From NCBI RefSeq assembly GCF_000143415.4, contig NW_003314290.1:124001-188000 (forward strand): a stretch of DNA of 64,000 nucleotides, in the 5' to 3' direction. Below, piece after piece: positions 11,130 through 23,224 of this stretch. The translations under genes were made by a program, and so were the position numbers. Within the stretch, counting starts at the first letter, position 1. Each line of letters opens with the position of its first letter. This DNA comes from Selaginella moellendorffii (lineage: Eukaryota; Plantae; Lycopodiophyta). The notes beneath the pieces were generated by a model. The model was given only the letters and a program-made list of their open reading frames with translations, did not search any database and was not told the DNA's origin.

Positions 11130-13372
11130 AATATTAACTTTAAAATTATAATTTTTTGGAATTTTTTGCTAAATAAACAAGGGTTAGTGATAATCATCAG
11201 ATATCGAAAGTCTTACTATTCTATGAAAAAAAAACCTTCTAGAAAGTGGTAGATTAAAACACTTATCACCTGACACAAAGAAGGCATAAAGATGTTTCTA
11301 AAGCCACTTATGATTAAATTCATTTAGATTATATGATATTTTAAAAATAAAAGAACATGAATTAATAAGATAAAAAAAAATTGGTTTCTATTTAAATGTT
11401 AAATTCTAAACATTTATTCTGATTTGGACCATTGCTCGTGCATGGTAAGAAAAAAAATCCATTCTCTTGTTCGCCAGTTCCATGTGCTTGATCACGAATT
11501 TTTATGATGTCTCTAGTAGAAAAATCGTAATTTTCACTTGGAGGACTTTTACCGTTGTGACGAATCGTAAAAGCTCTGTTCCAATCCAAGCCATGAGAAA
11601 AGTCCGTGAGAAAAGAAACGATGCTTACCTCCAAGCTCCAAAATCAACACACTCCATCCTTGAAAACATGGAATCGACTTGCGTCTCGGCAAACCACGAC
11701 TCGGTGCTCGATCTGCAAATCCATCAAATATGTTGCCAGTTTGTGCCCAGGGTCAAGCCGAAGAATCAATCTTGTTGTTTTTGGGTCAGCATTGTTAGAA
11801 CTCCATCATCATCGTCACCATGAAAATGACAGGCTCGTCCTCGAGATCCACGCTTGAAGAGATGGACCAGGAAGTCCCTGGCACGTGGTCCATGCAGTCA
11901 CGTCACACGCTCACACTTGCAATCTAATATCGCGTGGAAGCATCATCGATCGTCGAAGGAATGAGAGATGAGAGTGATGCCTAATCTTAACTTGCAAAAA
12001 TATAGTTGTTTTGTGCTTATGAAATTCTTCCAATGCTTCAGCTTGAATCTGCTTTGGCATTTGCTTCTTGTAGTCCAAATCAGAGGCTACAAGAGGCAAA
12101 TTAAGCACCACTTGGGTTTACTTGGATTAACACGTTCCCAATGAATTAAAGTTAGTAGAAATTTTGCTAGACTCTATTGATGAACTAAATCATTCACCAT
12201 TTTGGTCACTATTGATCTGCGTTTATTAGGATACCAATCAAGGATAAACTATCTTACTCAACTAGATCCAAAACAACAGTTGCTGGAAAAGAAAAACCAT
12301 TGCCAAATGAACTCTCTAAGACTTAAATAATTATATGCTATAATTCATAAATTTCTATCAATTTTTTCTTTTCATTTGTTTTGTAGAAATTGCCCAGAAA
12401 ATACAGGTTTTTTTTTTTAAGACTTCTACCTTTCGCACTCAATCACCAACTCCCTTGCACAGTTGAGTAGTGCCATAGTCTGCTCCTCAAGCAAGTAAGC
12501 TAACAATGGATTCAGCTTGGCTCCCCTGTCCATGATGATATGCCCCTCCATATGAACATCCTCAGCCTTCGGACTAAGCTGGAACAATCCAAAAGTAAGC
12601 CAAAAAAGCACACCAATAACTTACATCCTCACTCCACCCTATAATCAATCTGTGCCTCCTAGTATACTCTTAGAATTGGTAGAGGGCTGAAGGCATTTTG
12701 CATTACATTGCTGAAATCGTTGAAAGATCATCTTACAGTCCATTACTCTTCCTCCTTGGGAGAAGAGTATCCACATATCAGCTGCCACCGTTCTCGATGC
12801 CTTGCTGAATAGTACTCTATCCTACAGAGAACAAAGTTCCTTTCAAAGTTAGATATGAAACAAAATGACCAAAGCAAGGCAGTATGAAGAAGACATTTAT
12901 TTATAATACATTATTACTTATGGCTAGATTTGATGTAATTTGATCATGAGCCTTGGGAACCACTAGTGACGCAAGTTCCAGCGATCGTCCACACAGGTTC
13001 AAACGTAAGATATTTTCTTGATTGTTCCTTTTTTTTCCTTTTTTTTTTTTTTTTTGCTAAGCTCGTTCTTGTGCTATCCAGGGCGAAGCATTTTGCACAT
13101 ATGTCTCTGCTTACTTGGATCTGTCAAATTTTGCTTACAAAAAATCTGTCGACTATTCTGGTTCACATCAATAAGTAACAGGATCTTTGCATTAGGTTAT
13201 AAAGAAGAAATGCTTAGTGTGAAGAAATCTTTTGACACCAAGAAATGTAGATTATCTTCTCAATTCAGGCAAGAAAATGTCGAATTACTCTCAGTGAAGA
13301 AGTGTCTTTGATTCCAAACATCTTGGAAGAGTATGTTCCCTCTCTACTTTGTTGGAGAGGGTTTCTTCTTGG

Positions 13373-15271
13373 TCACTGTTGGGTCCTGGCCAACTTCCAA
13401 GCGTCAACGCAAAGTCCCTGTCCCCCGGTCGCCGACAGCAGCGACCGCCAGTCCACAATGTCGGGGACGTACGGCATGGCCGAGACCAAGCTCCGCGCGT
13501 CGTCCGCGTGGCCGCCCCGCCCCAGCAAGCTCACCACGCACTGGAAATGCTGCTTGCTGGGGGCCATCCCAAAATCCAACCCCATGGATCGAAAGTAGTG
13601 GCAGCCCTCGCGCAATCTCCCGGCGTGGCTGGATCCCAGCAGCAAGCAATCGAAGGAGATCTCGTCCGCCCCGATCCCCTCGGCTTGCATCCTCTGGAAG
13701 ATCTCCACCGCCTCGCGGGCGGCGCCGCGCTGGGCTTGCGCCGCCAGCGCCACGCCCCACGAGACGCGATTCCTCTCCGGCATGGCGTCGAAGATCGCGG
13801 ACGCGCGGTCGGGGAAGCCGGCGTGGGCATAGGCGGCGGCCATCGCTGTCCAGGAGACGAGATCTCTCTCCGGCATCGCCCACGAGAAGATCTTCGCGGC
13901 GTGATCGAGATCACCCGCCTGGGCGTACGCTGCGAGGAGCGCGTTCCACGAGACGACGTCGTGCTGCGGCATGGAATCGAAGATCCAGCGCGCCTCGTCG
14001 ATGCGGCCCGAGCGCGCGTAGGCGCTGAGCATCGAGTTCCAGGACGAGATGTCGCGGTGGAGCATCGATTGGAAGACGCGCTCGCCGTGATCGAGCGCGC
14101 TTGCTGCCATGATCGCGTTGGAGAGGCGGAGATCGAGGTCGCTCACGCGCTTGGAAACGATCCTGGCGTGATCAAGCTCGCCTCTGTGCGCTAGCGCCAC
14201 GACCAGCGCTGTCCAGGAGACTAGATCCCACTCGGGCATTCGCGAGAGAAGGAGCTCCACACTCTCTACATCTCCTTCCTGGGCATTTGCCGCAAGCATG
14301 GTGTTCCAAGCCACGCGATTCCTCTCTGGCATCTCTTCAAAGATCTCTTTAGCTTGGTTGATCCTCCCCAGCTGTGAGTAGCATGCCAACATCGCCGTCC
14401 AGGAAACGATGCTTCGATCTGGCATACTGTCAAATATTTTCTGAGCTTGTAGCAAATGCCCGTTCTGAGCAAATGCTACAATCATCGCTGTCAGCGCGAC
14501 TAGATCCCTGTAGAGCATCGATCGAAAGATAGAAATCGCTTCTTCGAGGAATCCCTTCTGAGAGAAGATGACAATCATCGCGGTCGACGCTACCATGTTC
14601 CACTCCGGCATGGAATCAAACGCGCGCTTGGCGCTGTCTAGATGCCCGTTATCGGCAAATCCCACCAGAAGCGTCGTCCACGCCACCAGATCGTGCAGCG
14701 GCATCTCCAGGAACAGCGCCATCGCGCCCTCCAAATCCACGGCGTCAACGCACGCAACCAGCATAGCGCTCCAGGAAACGAGGCTCGGATCCGGCATCGC
14801 GCGGAAGATCGCAGCGGCGAGGCGCGTCTCGCCGATCTGCGCGTAGGCGGACAGCATCGCCGTCCAGGAGATCGTGTTCCTGGCCGGCATCGCGTCGAAG
14901 ATCCTCTGCGCGTCGCCGATCCGGCCGATCCGTGCGTATGAGGCGAGCATCGCGTTCCAGGAGGCCAGGTTCTTGTCGGGGATGCGATCGAAGAGGGCGA
15001 TGGCGTCGTCGATCTGGTCGTTGCGGGCGTAGGCGGTGAGCAAGAGATTGTAGGAGAAGACGTTCTTCACGTCCAGGGCGTCGAAGACGCGGCGGGAGTG
15101 GGCGGTGCTGCCACACCGGCCATACATCTGGATGAGGAGATTGGAGAGGAAGAGGCCCGAATCGATCATGCGCGGGCTGCGCGCCACTCGCGCGTGGATG
15201 ATCTTGGCATCCGGAAGTGTCGTGCACGAGGATATGAGATCTACGCATTCCCCCCGGCTCAACTCTTTCAT
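13373..15271 (-). CDS. PLS-class PPR protein (632 aa, tandem short motifs, truncated E domain, no DYW)
   Basis: Intronless ORF with many FDxMPxxxxVSWxAML motifs, then SHAGRLREG...QHFQCVVSLLGRGG...MPYVPDIVDWRSLLSA. Confidence 0.92.
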   Translation of the reverse strand: MKELSRGECVDLISSCTTLPDAKIIHARVARSPRMIDSGLFLSNLLIQMYGRCGSTAHSRRVFDALDVKNVFSYNLLLTAYARNDQIDDAIALFDRIPDKNLASWNAMLASYARIGRIGDAQRIFDAMPARNTISWTAMLSAYAQIGETRLAAAIFRAMPDPSLVSWSAMLVACVDAVDLEGAMALFLEMPLHDLVAWTTLLVGFADNGHLDSAKRAFDSMPEWNMVASTAMIVIFSQKGFLEEAISIFRSMLYRDLVALTAMIVAFAQNGHLLQAQKIFDSMPDRSIVSWTAMLACYSQLGRINQAKEIFEEMPERNRVAWNTMLAANAQEGDVESVELLLSRMPEWDLVSWTALVVALAHRGELDHARIVSKRVSDLDLRLSNAIMAASALDHGERVFQSMLHRDISSWNSMLSAYARSGRIDEARWIFDSMPQHDVVSWNALLAAYAQAGDLDHAAKIFSWAMPERDLVSWTAMAAAYAHAGFPDRASAIFDAMPERNRVSWGVALAAQAQRGAAREAVEIFQRMQAEGIGADEISFDCLLLGSSHAGRLREGCHYFRSMGLDFGMAPSKQHFQCVVSLLGRGGHADDARSLVSAMPYVPDIVDWRSLLSATGGQGLCVDAWKLARTQQ

Positions 15272-15273
15272 GC

Positions 15274-15358
15274 AGGGTTTAGGGTTTCAAAATTTAGGTT
15301 ATGACCGTTGGAATTGGACGGCCAGGACTGGTTTCCTACCATCGACGGCGGTAGATCA
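15274..15358. promoter_or_regulatory. Double telo-box (AGGGTTTAGGGTTT) and MSA-like AACGG motifs upstream of the PPR gene
   Basis: agggtttagggttt at 15274-15287. tgaccgttgga (reverse complement TCCAACGGTCA) fits the YCYAACGGYY consensus. Confidence 0.45.
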
Positions 15359-15419
15359 GCATTAAAAATGTGAGCCATAACATCAATAGAATCTTTTTTA
15401 GAAAATGGGCTTTGTCATC

Positions 15420-15725
15420 ACAAAGACGGTGTTTGATTGAATTCCGGGAATCTAGTGAGCTTCTCGGCGATGCTGGCAGCGTATGCCCAAAACGGGCATC
15501 TGGATGAAGCAAAGGCGATGTTTGATCATGGCTTTGATCGAAATTTGATCTTCTGTAATATCATATTCCATGGATACACCTCAAACTTGAAGCTCCGAGA
15601 GGAAAAATATATCTATGTCAAAATGCCTGAGAGGGATGTAGTGGCATTGGACGTCTATACTTGCAGCAAATACCCAAGAAAGGCATATTGATGAGGTTAA
15701 AGCTGTGTTTGCAGCCATACCCGTG
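15420..15725 (+). pseudogene. PPR gene fragment
   Basis: NLVSFSAMLAAYAQNGHLDEAKAMFD...MPERDVVA followed by a frameshift; no valid start. Confidence 0.7.
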
Positions 15726-17407
15726 TCATTGATCTTTTACTGCTCAGTGGAGTGCGGTTGCGTGATTCCTGTGTTTTGAAGGTATTTAGAGAGAAGAGTG
15801 GTTGGTTCTAGACAAGAGAAGGAGAAACATCCCGAGCTAGAATCGCCACAGGCAGCATTGTGGAGCTCGCGAGTTGTGACAGTCTTCTCTCCTTTGTCTT
15901 TTTTTCCCTTTGCGAACAAATTATTTCTCCTTTACTCGTTTCCGTGAAACATTGCTTTGCTCAGGGGAGGACCATCTTGCTGAAAATCCATCACTGTGGA
16001 AGCTGCGATTGTGTTGGTATGTTTGTACGAGTAATTTTCCATTTGAAGGGCATGTTTTTTAAGGTTCTTTGTCTCAAGGCTTGGACGCAGTATGTGCCAA
16101 ACTCAGGGTTGTGCGCACCGGTGGTGGTCTCGGGTTTTGTATTGTCACGAAACCATCTGGCGAAAGTAAGTCTTTCTTGATTGCTGTCAGGTTTTACTGT
16201 TTCGGTCTTGTTTGCTCTTCTACTCTTAAAGCTGCTGATGACTTGCTTCTCTGAAAGAAGACTCATCTTTTTTGCAAGTTATGTGAGGTTCACGAGACAT
16301 TACTAACAAGAGACTGATATCTGTAAGTTGCGGCATTGCTTCCAGTTTCTGACAATTGCCATCGTCTTTTACAGGTGATGGAACTACTGAATTCTCTATA
16401 TCAGAAATGGTAGGATACGTTTCTCTACTTCATTCATTTACTACCATTCGGTTCTGCTCAGATCCTTGGGCTATCGGTCGCTCGCCTCAACATGATTACC
16501 ATCTCGTTTCTGGTGTATACGTCTCGATACTAATAGTTGTGAGCAAGACAGGCAGGAACTGATGCAAATCAAAGCGAGCACGAAAGGATGAAATTCACTA
16601 CCGTGACTCCCACATTCACCGTTCTGCATCAAAATCAGAGCCTCGGCAGCTTGGTTGAGTTCGAGAAATCCAGCAAGCACAAGCAAACAGCTACATGGAA
16701 CCACACGAAGCAAACAAGGTGCAACCGTTGCCTTATGACCCTGCTGCAGTGCCTAACAACGGCGTTCTAAGGATGAGAATCGACGCGGTGGCTCCGACTT
16801 GATCCAAGACAGAAATAGCAACAGGCCAGAGCAATCTCTGTCGCAACGAGCTGCGTAAGTTTCCATTTGGTTTGTTCTTACATTAGTTTCATCAGGGAAA
16901 CGGGTGAACTCCTCCATCGGTGGAGATGTGCTTTCAAGGGGGTTCGTATAAAGGACGTTGTGGAGGAGGACAACCGGAAATGAATGAAGTAACGATCGTA
17001 AATCCCTTCGTCTCTTTTCGTCGCGTGATTCTACGTTTCCAAGGTCGATGGACGATCTTCTAGGACGGAAATTGGTCCAAGGCAAGACCAATACGTTTTA
17101 CTATACAAATGGCGACGTCTACCAAGGTCTCATCCATGGAAAGGCAAAGAAGAGCGAGACTTAGAAAAATGCGAGGCGCAGCGATTTTTGAGGTTCTTTT
17201 CTATTGATCACCCTTGGTGACGTGTTTGCCGAAAGATTAGCAGTAGAAGACGCGGGATGCCGGTAGAAAGAATGATCCTCAGATTCGCGAGCTGTCAAAT
17301 CAAGTTAAAAAATCGAGCTTGAGATCCAAGCAAATCTCTTTACATATATTCCTTCTATAATATTCCTCGTCTCTCACGATCTTCTAAATCGATACTTTAC
17401 AGCGGCG

Positions 17408-19425
17408 ATGGAAGCTCTAGCATTGGCGTTCTCCTGGTTGCGACGCGCTCCAGCGCAGGCAAGCACACAGGCAAGCACACAGGCAACAGGATTGAAGGTC
17501 CTCCTCCTTGAGGTGTGTACAGCTCGCTTGTTTCTGTCATTTTTTCTTGTTCCTTGACATTTTTCGCGTGCGGGCAGACTCCTGCCGCAACAGCGGACAA
17601 GAAAGTGGAGGATTTCCCAGCGCAGCTCGAGGCAGTGATCGCCAGCAGTGACCCAGCATCAAGTGTTCCCGAGTATGATGCACCTGTACTCGAAGAGGAT
17701 GACGAGCATGACTTGCAAGAGGTAACTCCAGATGTAGCTAATCTTCTCTTGCAGTCGGTTGCTCCAATCGAGCTGGAGGATTCGTCCTCGCCAGCACCAC
17801 CCTCGCACCTCGAGGCAGTTATAACCGGAGCAGCATCAAGTGTTCCCGAGTATGATCCACCACCGTTACCTGTACTCGAGGATGAAAACCATGATTCGCA
17901 AGAGGTAACTTAAGAGCTTAGATGGTTTGTCTGGAACCGCACCAACCTTCTCTTGCAGCTAGAGGCGGTCATGGTTGGCGCTGTGGATTCAGTTCGGTAT
18001 ACTTCTCTTGGTGGCAAGACGCTTGCAATTGACGACGACGACGACAACCTGAGCTGGGAGGATATCGAGAGCTATTTTCGGACCTGGACATTCCCGTCGG
18101 TGCAGCTACCGTCCAGAGCCGACATGCATCTGGAGGTGGAGGAACTTAAGGAGCTAGTTGGAGAGTGGACTTGGAAGCTACCGACCACTCTTCAGTCGAT
18201 AAAAGAAGAAATGTGGAGTAGGCTTTTGAACGCGGGCTTGGAGGAGGACGAGGTGACGTCCCAGGAATTATGGGAAGAACTCAAGAACTTCTTGGGGTGG
18301 TATCGATTCCCAGTTATCAGTTCCCGACGGATGCTTCTGGAAGCAGCGCCAGGTCCTCCTATCTTCGTCTCCAGCGAGAATGGACCTTCGGTGGATGGCT
18401 TCATAGCTCCACTGCGCGCACAACAAGATGGAGAAGAACAAGCTTCAGTCTTTTGGCAGAGGTTGAGAGGCGATGGCACTAGCAGCGTGAGAAAGCACAG
18501 GAGGCCTCCAGACAAGAATAGTGAAGGACAAGAACTTGTGGCAGCAATGGCCGAGGAGTCATCCTACAAGGTATGTCTCTGTTGACAGGAATCAGATATG
18601 TATTCATACTAAAATCTACGCTGAACAGGTGCTAAAGTCTCATGCAGCAGCAGGATCTCGAAAGTTGTTGAGGCAAGCTGATGTTTCATCGACACCAGCT
18701 TCAGTCTTTTGGCGGAGCTTGCGAGGTGATGGTGTGGGAACGCACAGGAGGCTTCCATACAAGAATAGTGAAGAACTTGCAGCAGCAATGGCCGACGAGT
18801 CATCCTACAAGGTATGCCTCTGCTGACAGGAACCAGATATATTCGTACTAAAATGGACATTGAACAGGTGCTAAAGTCCCATGCAGCCACGGGATTTCCA
18901 TCTCAGAAGTTACTGGCTGGCGGCACTGGTGACACTAAGGAGGCTAGCAGCAATGCTTCACCACCACCAGCATCTCCACCACCTTTTATGTGGCGGTGGT
19001 TCCCTCGAAGCTTGAGCGAGGATGGTGGGAAGGCCAAGAGGATCAACACCGAAACGTTTCAAGAAGCTGAAGGGACTTCAATATCGAGCTCTCAGAGTTC
19101 AGTGAATGACGTCGGGGTGAGCAGCAGCAGTGCCAGTGCCAGTGATTTCATCGAGTTATTTGAAGGAGAAGGCATTAGCAGCAGTGATGCCTTCCTGAAC
19201 TCGCTGTTGGAAGGTGAAGGTGGCGGCAGCAGCAGCAATGCGTATCTTCAGCTGGCTTCCTCCAATGATCTCAACTTGCAAGCGACGGCTGTGGCGGCAA
19301 CCCCGCTGCTTCTTCCAATCCTTGCCGGGCTGCTGGTTGCGCTGCTCGTCCTCTTCTTCCTCTACTTCCTCTCGGTGATCAGGAGGAGGTGGGGGAGGAG
19401 GAAGATAGGGCTCCTGCCTCACTGA
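17408..19425 (+). CDS. Orphan modular protein (~590 aa) with duplicated exon modules and a C-terminal TM anchor; exons 17408-17512, 17578-17904 (possible 33-nt intron 17722-17754), 17959-18570, 18629-18811, 18868-19425
   Basis: TATA-like ctataa at ~17354. Phase-0 GT-AG introns join the track ORFs in frame. Duplicated modules LEAVIxxxxSSVPEYD and ASVFWxxLRGDG...AAMAxESSYK|VLKSHAA. C-terminus LLLPILAGLLVALLVLFFLYFLSVIRRRWGRRK. Confidence 0.7.
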
Positions 19426-19949
19426 GTTCCAGCTTTCGATGCAAATGCATCGGACAGGATCAAGTTGTCGCAGGCATGGCTAGGTACTTGGATCTAAACT
19501 TGAAGCCGGTGGCTTAACACTCCGTGATGATCCCCATCGGGAGTGACAGAACTTCGGTGGCAGATTTTCATCGGCTGGAGAGAAGGTGGCTCTAACGTCA
19601 TCAAGGCAAGAAGTGAGCGGAGATATCTTACAAAACAGAGGTTGCTGGTGGTTCCGGAGCGTTGTCTAACTTTCTACACCGATTGATGGTGTAAGTCCAA
19701 GCTAGGAAGGAAGATCATATACTGAGTGTTTGTAGCATTTAAACTTTGCTGATTCAGAAAAACAGTTTTTTGTTTTCTTCAAGGCTTGGTGGGAAACAAA
19801 AAGAGTTGCCAAGACTAGAAGTGACTATCACCGGCTTGTGTTCATGAGATGAGTTATTACCCTGTGTGAGAAGCAAATCGATGGAAGGAAGCAATAGTTA
19901 CAATTCCAGTAGCTTTATGTTGCAGCTAATGCCAAAGGCCTAGAAAGGA

Positions 19950-20330
19950 TGCGTGCGAAGCCCTCGTGCGTTCCAATCTTCGCACTGGTTATGGCGTGGG
20001 AGTCACGAACGAAAGGAAGAACATTAAGTGAAGGAAACTGTTTTGTCAGCTTTTCTTGACGCTAGATGGAGCTGCGCCATGAACATCGCCTTAAGAGTGA
20101 ATGCGCAAACAATGGCCTCCATCAAGCCCCCACACAAAGGTTTTGCCACCGTTTGTAGTGGCAGCCAAGAGCGTTCCATCCTCACTATATCAAAACAAAG
20201 CTGTGTGATCAACATAAGTTCTAGAAAAACTACGCAATGGATCCAGAGAGCCACTTAGTACCTGAAGTCTAGGGACTTCAACTCAGCCGATCCAATCGCA
20301 GTGTTCATCAAGCAAAAGCTCCATGGAGTT
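19950..20330 (-). pseudogene. Possible degraded WD40-repeat gene fragment
   Basis: Spliced reading SAELKSLDFR|DGTLLAATTNGGKTFVWGLDG resembles a WD40 blade; stops nearby. Confidence 0.3.
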
Positions 20331-21418
20331 GTCGTGTGAAAAACATCCGAGATAAAAACTATGGAAATGATCTGCAAACCATTCCCTCAATTTCAAACGT
20401 TGTTCTGTCCACAGCTCTCTCCATGGAGGAGCAAGTTCCATTGGAATGCTTCCAAAACCTGATTTTAATTTGATTTAAACCGACTGTTGAAATCGGACGG
20501 CCAGGATTCTAATTGTGACCGTTGGAATCGGACGACCAGGAGTGGAACCCTACCATCAACGGCCACCATTTCATCCCTCAAGAACCAGATATGTTAATGA
20601 GTGTGTGGGTGTTTTTAGGGATGAAGGCTCCATGTCCTAGACCATGACGTGCGGTATGAGGAAGGTGCCAATGGGGTGGACACAGGGAATATGAGGTGCT
20701 TGAGGTCTGACTCACATACCATATTGAGGTTGGTCAATGGCTAACATAATATGGCTTCAAGCTCTCATAATGTTGAAATCAAGATGGGTTGTAGTCAACT
20801 TTCCATATAAGTCCACCTTGTTTAAAAACTAGTGACATAATAAAGTGCTACCTAAAAACATTCAAGTCAATGTGTTTAATGCAATCTATAGTCACTGAGG
20901 TGCTCATGTTTGATATCCTTTTTGTTGGTGATACTCTTGTATTATTTATATTATAAATAAAAGCAATGAGATTATATTTACCAATTACATAATGAAATAA
21001 CAAATGACCAATGTAAATATTAAAATTTGCTATACATTGCATGCAGTAATGTTTGGTTTTCTTAATAATAGTGTTATTCCTACTTATTAATCTAATTGAT
21101 CAAATAAATTTTATAATTGTTTTTACTTTATAAACACAAGATTAAGCTTATTGCATATCAACCATTAGATGGTAGAATAAAAAAAAATATACTAGAAAAG
21201 GTTTGAAAAAGTTTATAAATTATAAATATAAGATTAATCTAAATGAATAACAATCATTAGATGGTATAATATCCTAGAATATCTAAGTATATTCTAGGTA
21301 TATTCACTATCATACAGATTTGCTTAAGCAAACCAAAAACAACTATTATCACTTAAAGGCTATTAATTACTTCACTATATGCAGCACACATAACTGATCA
21401 GTGTTGATGGTATAAAGT

Positions 21419-21820
21419 ATATACTACCTAAGAATCATGACAGAACTGTCTTAATTGCCGAATTTAATCAGATACCAATGCAGAAAGTGCATACTACTTA
21501 AGAACCATGACAGAACCACTTCAACCACTACAAAAAACGTATACTACTTAGGAACCACTTCAACCATAGAATTAAATCAGATATCAGTGTAGAAAATGCA
21601 TACTACTTAGAACATTTTAACCACTAAATTCAATCAGAAACTTCTGAAAAAAATGCACACTACTTATGAATTTTGATAGAACCACTTCAATCGTTGAATT
21701 CAATCATATATAAAGTATACTACTTAAGAACCATGACAAAACCACTTTGACCATAGATTTCAATCAGATTCAAATCTATAAAATATATACTATTACAAAT
21801 TTCCAATGCATAAAATGCAG
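21419..21820 (+). repeat. Degenerate minisatellite, ~6-7 units of 50-70 bp
   Basis: Recurring atactactta(a)gaacca(tgacagaacca)cttcaacca...aatcaga at ~21419, 21490, 21540, 21600, 21657, 21717 and 21785. Confidence 0.8.
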
Positions 21821-21949
21821 CCTACATAAAATTAGTTTATAAACAAATGCAAACTAGACTAGTTCAAGTCTGACCACTGAAGACTTAGAACTCAACAAAG
21901 AAAAGTGAGATGTACTTGATTAAAAATCAGCCATCACTTGCTTTATCTC

Positions 21950-23100
21950 ATTAACTCCACTAGATACTTATTTCTACCTCCTAGAGTCCACAATCTCTTG
22001 TTCTCCACAACTTCTCACCAATGAGCTCTTGTAGTAAAGGAAATTGTTGCAAAAGGTGTTGAGTCGTTCACTTTTCTCTTGCCCAATACAACAGCTAATA
22101 TAACTCACTTTGCCACAAGTTGATTGTCACTGTGGACACCTTTGATCTTTTCACACACTTTCCTAATATTTGCCACAATTTCACAGCAAATATTGCTCTC
22201 TTGATCCAAGAACTGTGTAATCTAGAAAAGCAAAATGCTCAAAACTAAAAGAGAAAGAGTTTTAGGACTTCCTTCCACACATCCACTGAAAACCCTTTGC
22301 AATAGTGATCAAAAGAAATTGCTACCTTTCTTGCCACTGCTCGAAGAGTGCTTAGTGGTGCACCACTCACAGGAAAGCTAGCTGCTGCTATAACTCATTA
22401 GTTGATGCCATTGCCATGACTAATCTTCTTAATCGTAATACTAAACTGCTTTGTGGACTAACAGAAAACTGCTAGACCCTTCTCAGGACCAAGCAATATT
22501 CGATGCAATCAAATGCTTTTGTTAGAATGCTGTGAAACTTAGTGGATGTTGTTTGCTTCAAGCTGAATTCAGTTCATATGTGACGGGCATGAATACAAAG
22601 CTCAATGAAAGAAACCTGCCATGCGCAGCTGGAGCGTGTCCAACAGATCCATCGCCACCCTCTTTGCAGCTGTAACCTCTACTGCTGCATTAGATTAGTG
22701 GATTTTTTTGCAAAACACTGCGTTTGTGAACTAAGAGCACCTCTACAAGAAATTTAACTTGTATTGCTCAAGGCTTGAAGCCCGCAACAGCCATGGCGCT
22801 ATGGCTACAGAGCGGGTTTTTCCTTGCAATCTATCAATACAATCAAAGAGTTGTGAAGAACAGAGTTTTACAAGCTGACGTCTCCATCTTGGTAGCAGTC
22901 GAGACTACCACTCGCTCTCACTCGCACACATCCGTAATTTCTCTGCTCGTTTGAATCGTCCCTGAATGAAAACCTTATCTTAGAGAGGGATGGAAAACAA
23001 CAACCAAAAGAAAAAAGCTCAGCCGATTAGAGCACAAATACACACCTTGCCCCAAGCGTCTCGTTAACCCAATCACTGCGATGGAGCCTTATTGTCACAA
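21950..23100 (-). pseudogene. Degenerate multi-exon coding relic of unknown family (possibly a DNA-transposon transposase)
   Basis: Coding-like stretches with splice signals and in-frame stops (ITQFLDQESNICCEIVANIRKVCEKIKG...*VILAVVLG). Confidence 0.25.
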
Positions 23101-23224
23101 CCCGAGCCAAAACAACAAACTAGTAAACTTTCATGGTTGCAGATGAGCCGTTAGATTGGAACAAACCATCAGCGGTGAGGAGCCTTCAAGCATATTCTTT
23201 TCAGCCCTAAACCTCTTTGAGGCA

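Noticed and set aside
11400-13020. Possible minus-strand multi-exon gene
   Set aside because: Splice-like signals are present, but candidate exons contain stops and I recognise no family.
13333-14941. Long + strand ORFs antisense to the PPR (likewise at 54620-57164 and opposite the HMA5-like gene)
   Set aside because: Shadow ORFs of GC-rich coding sequence with no recognisable motifs.
15740-17140. Short ORFs and exon-like pieces
   Set aside because: No coherent gene model or homology could be built by eye.
21419-21820. Repeat-spacer-like array suggestive of CRISPR
   Set aside because: The spacers resemble each other, the repeats are degenerate, there are no cas genes and the context is eukaryotic; it is a minisatellite.
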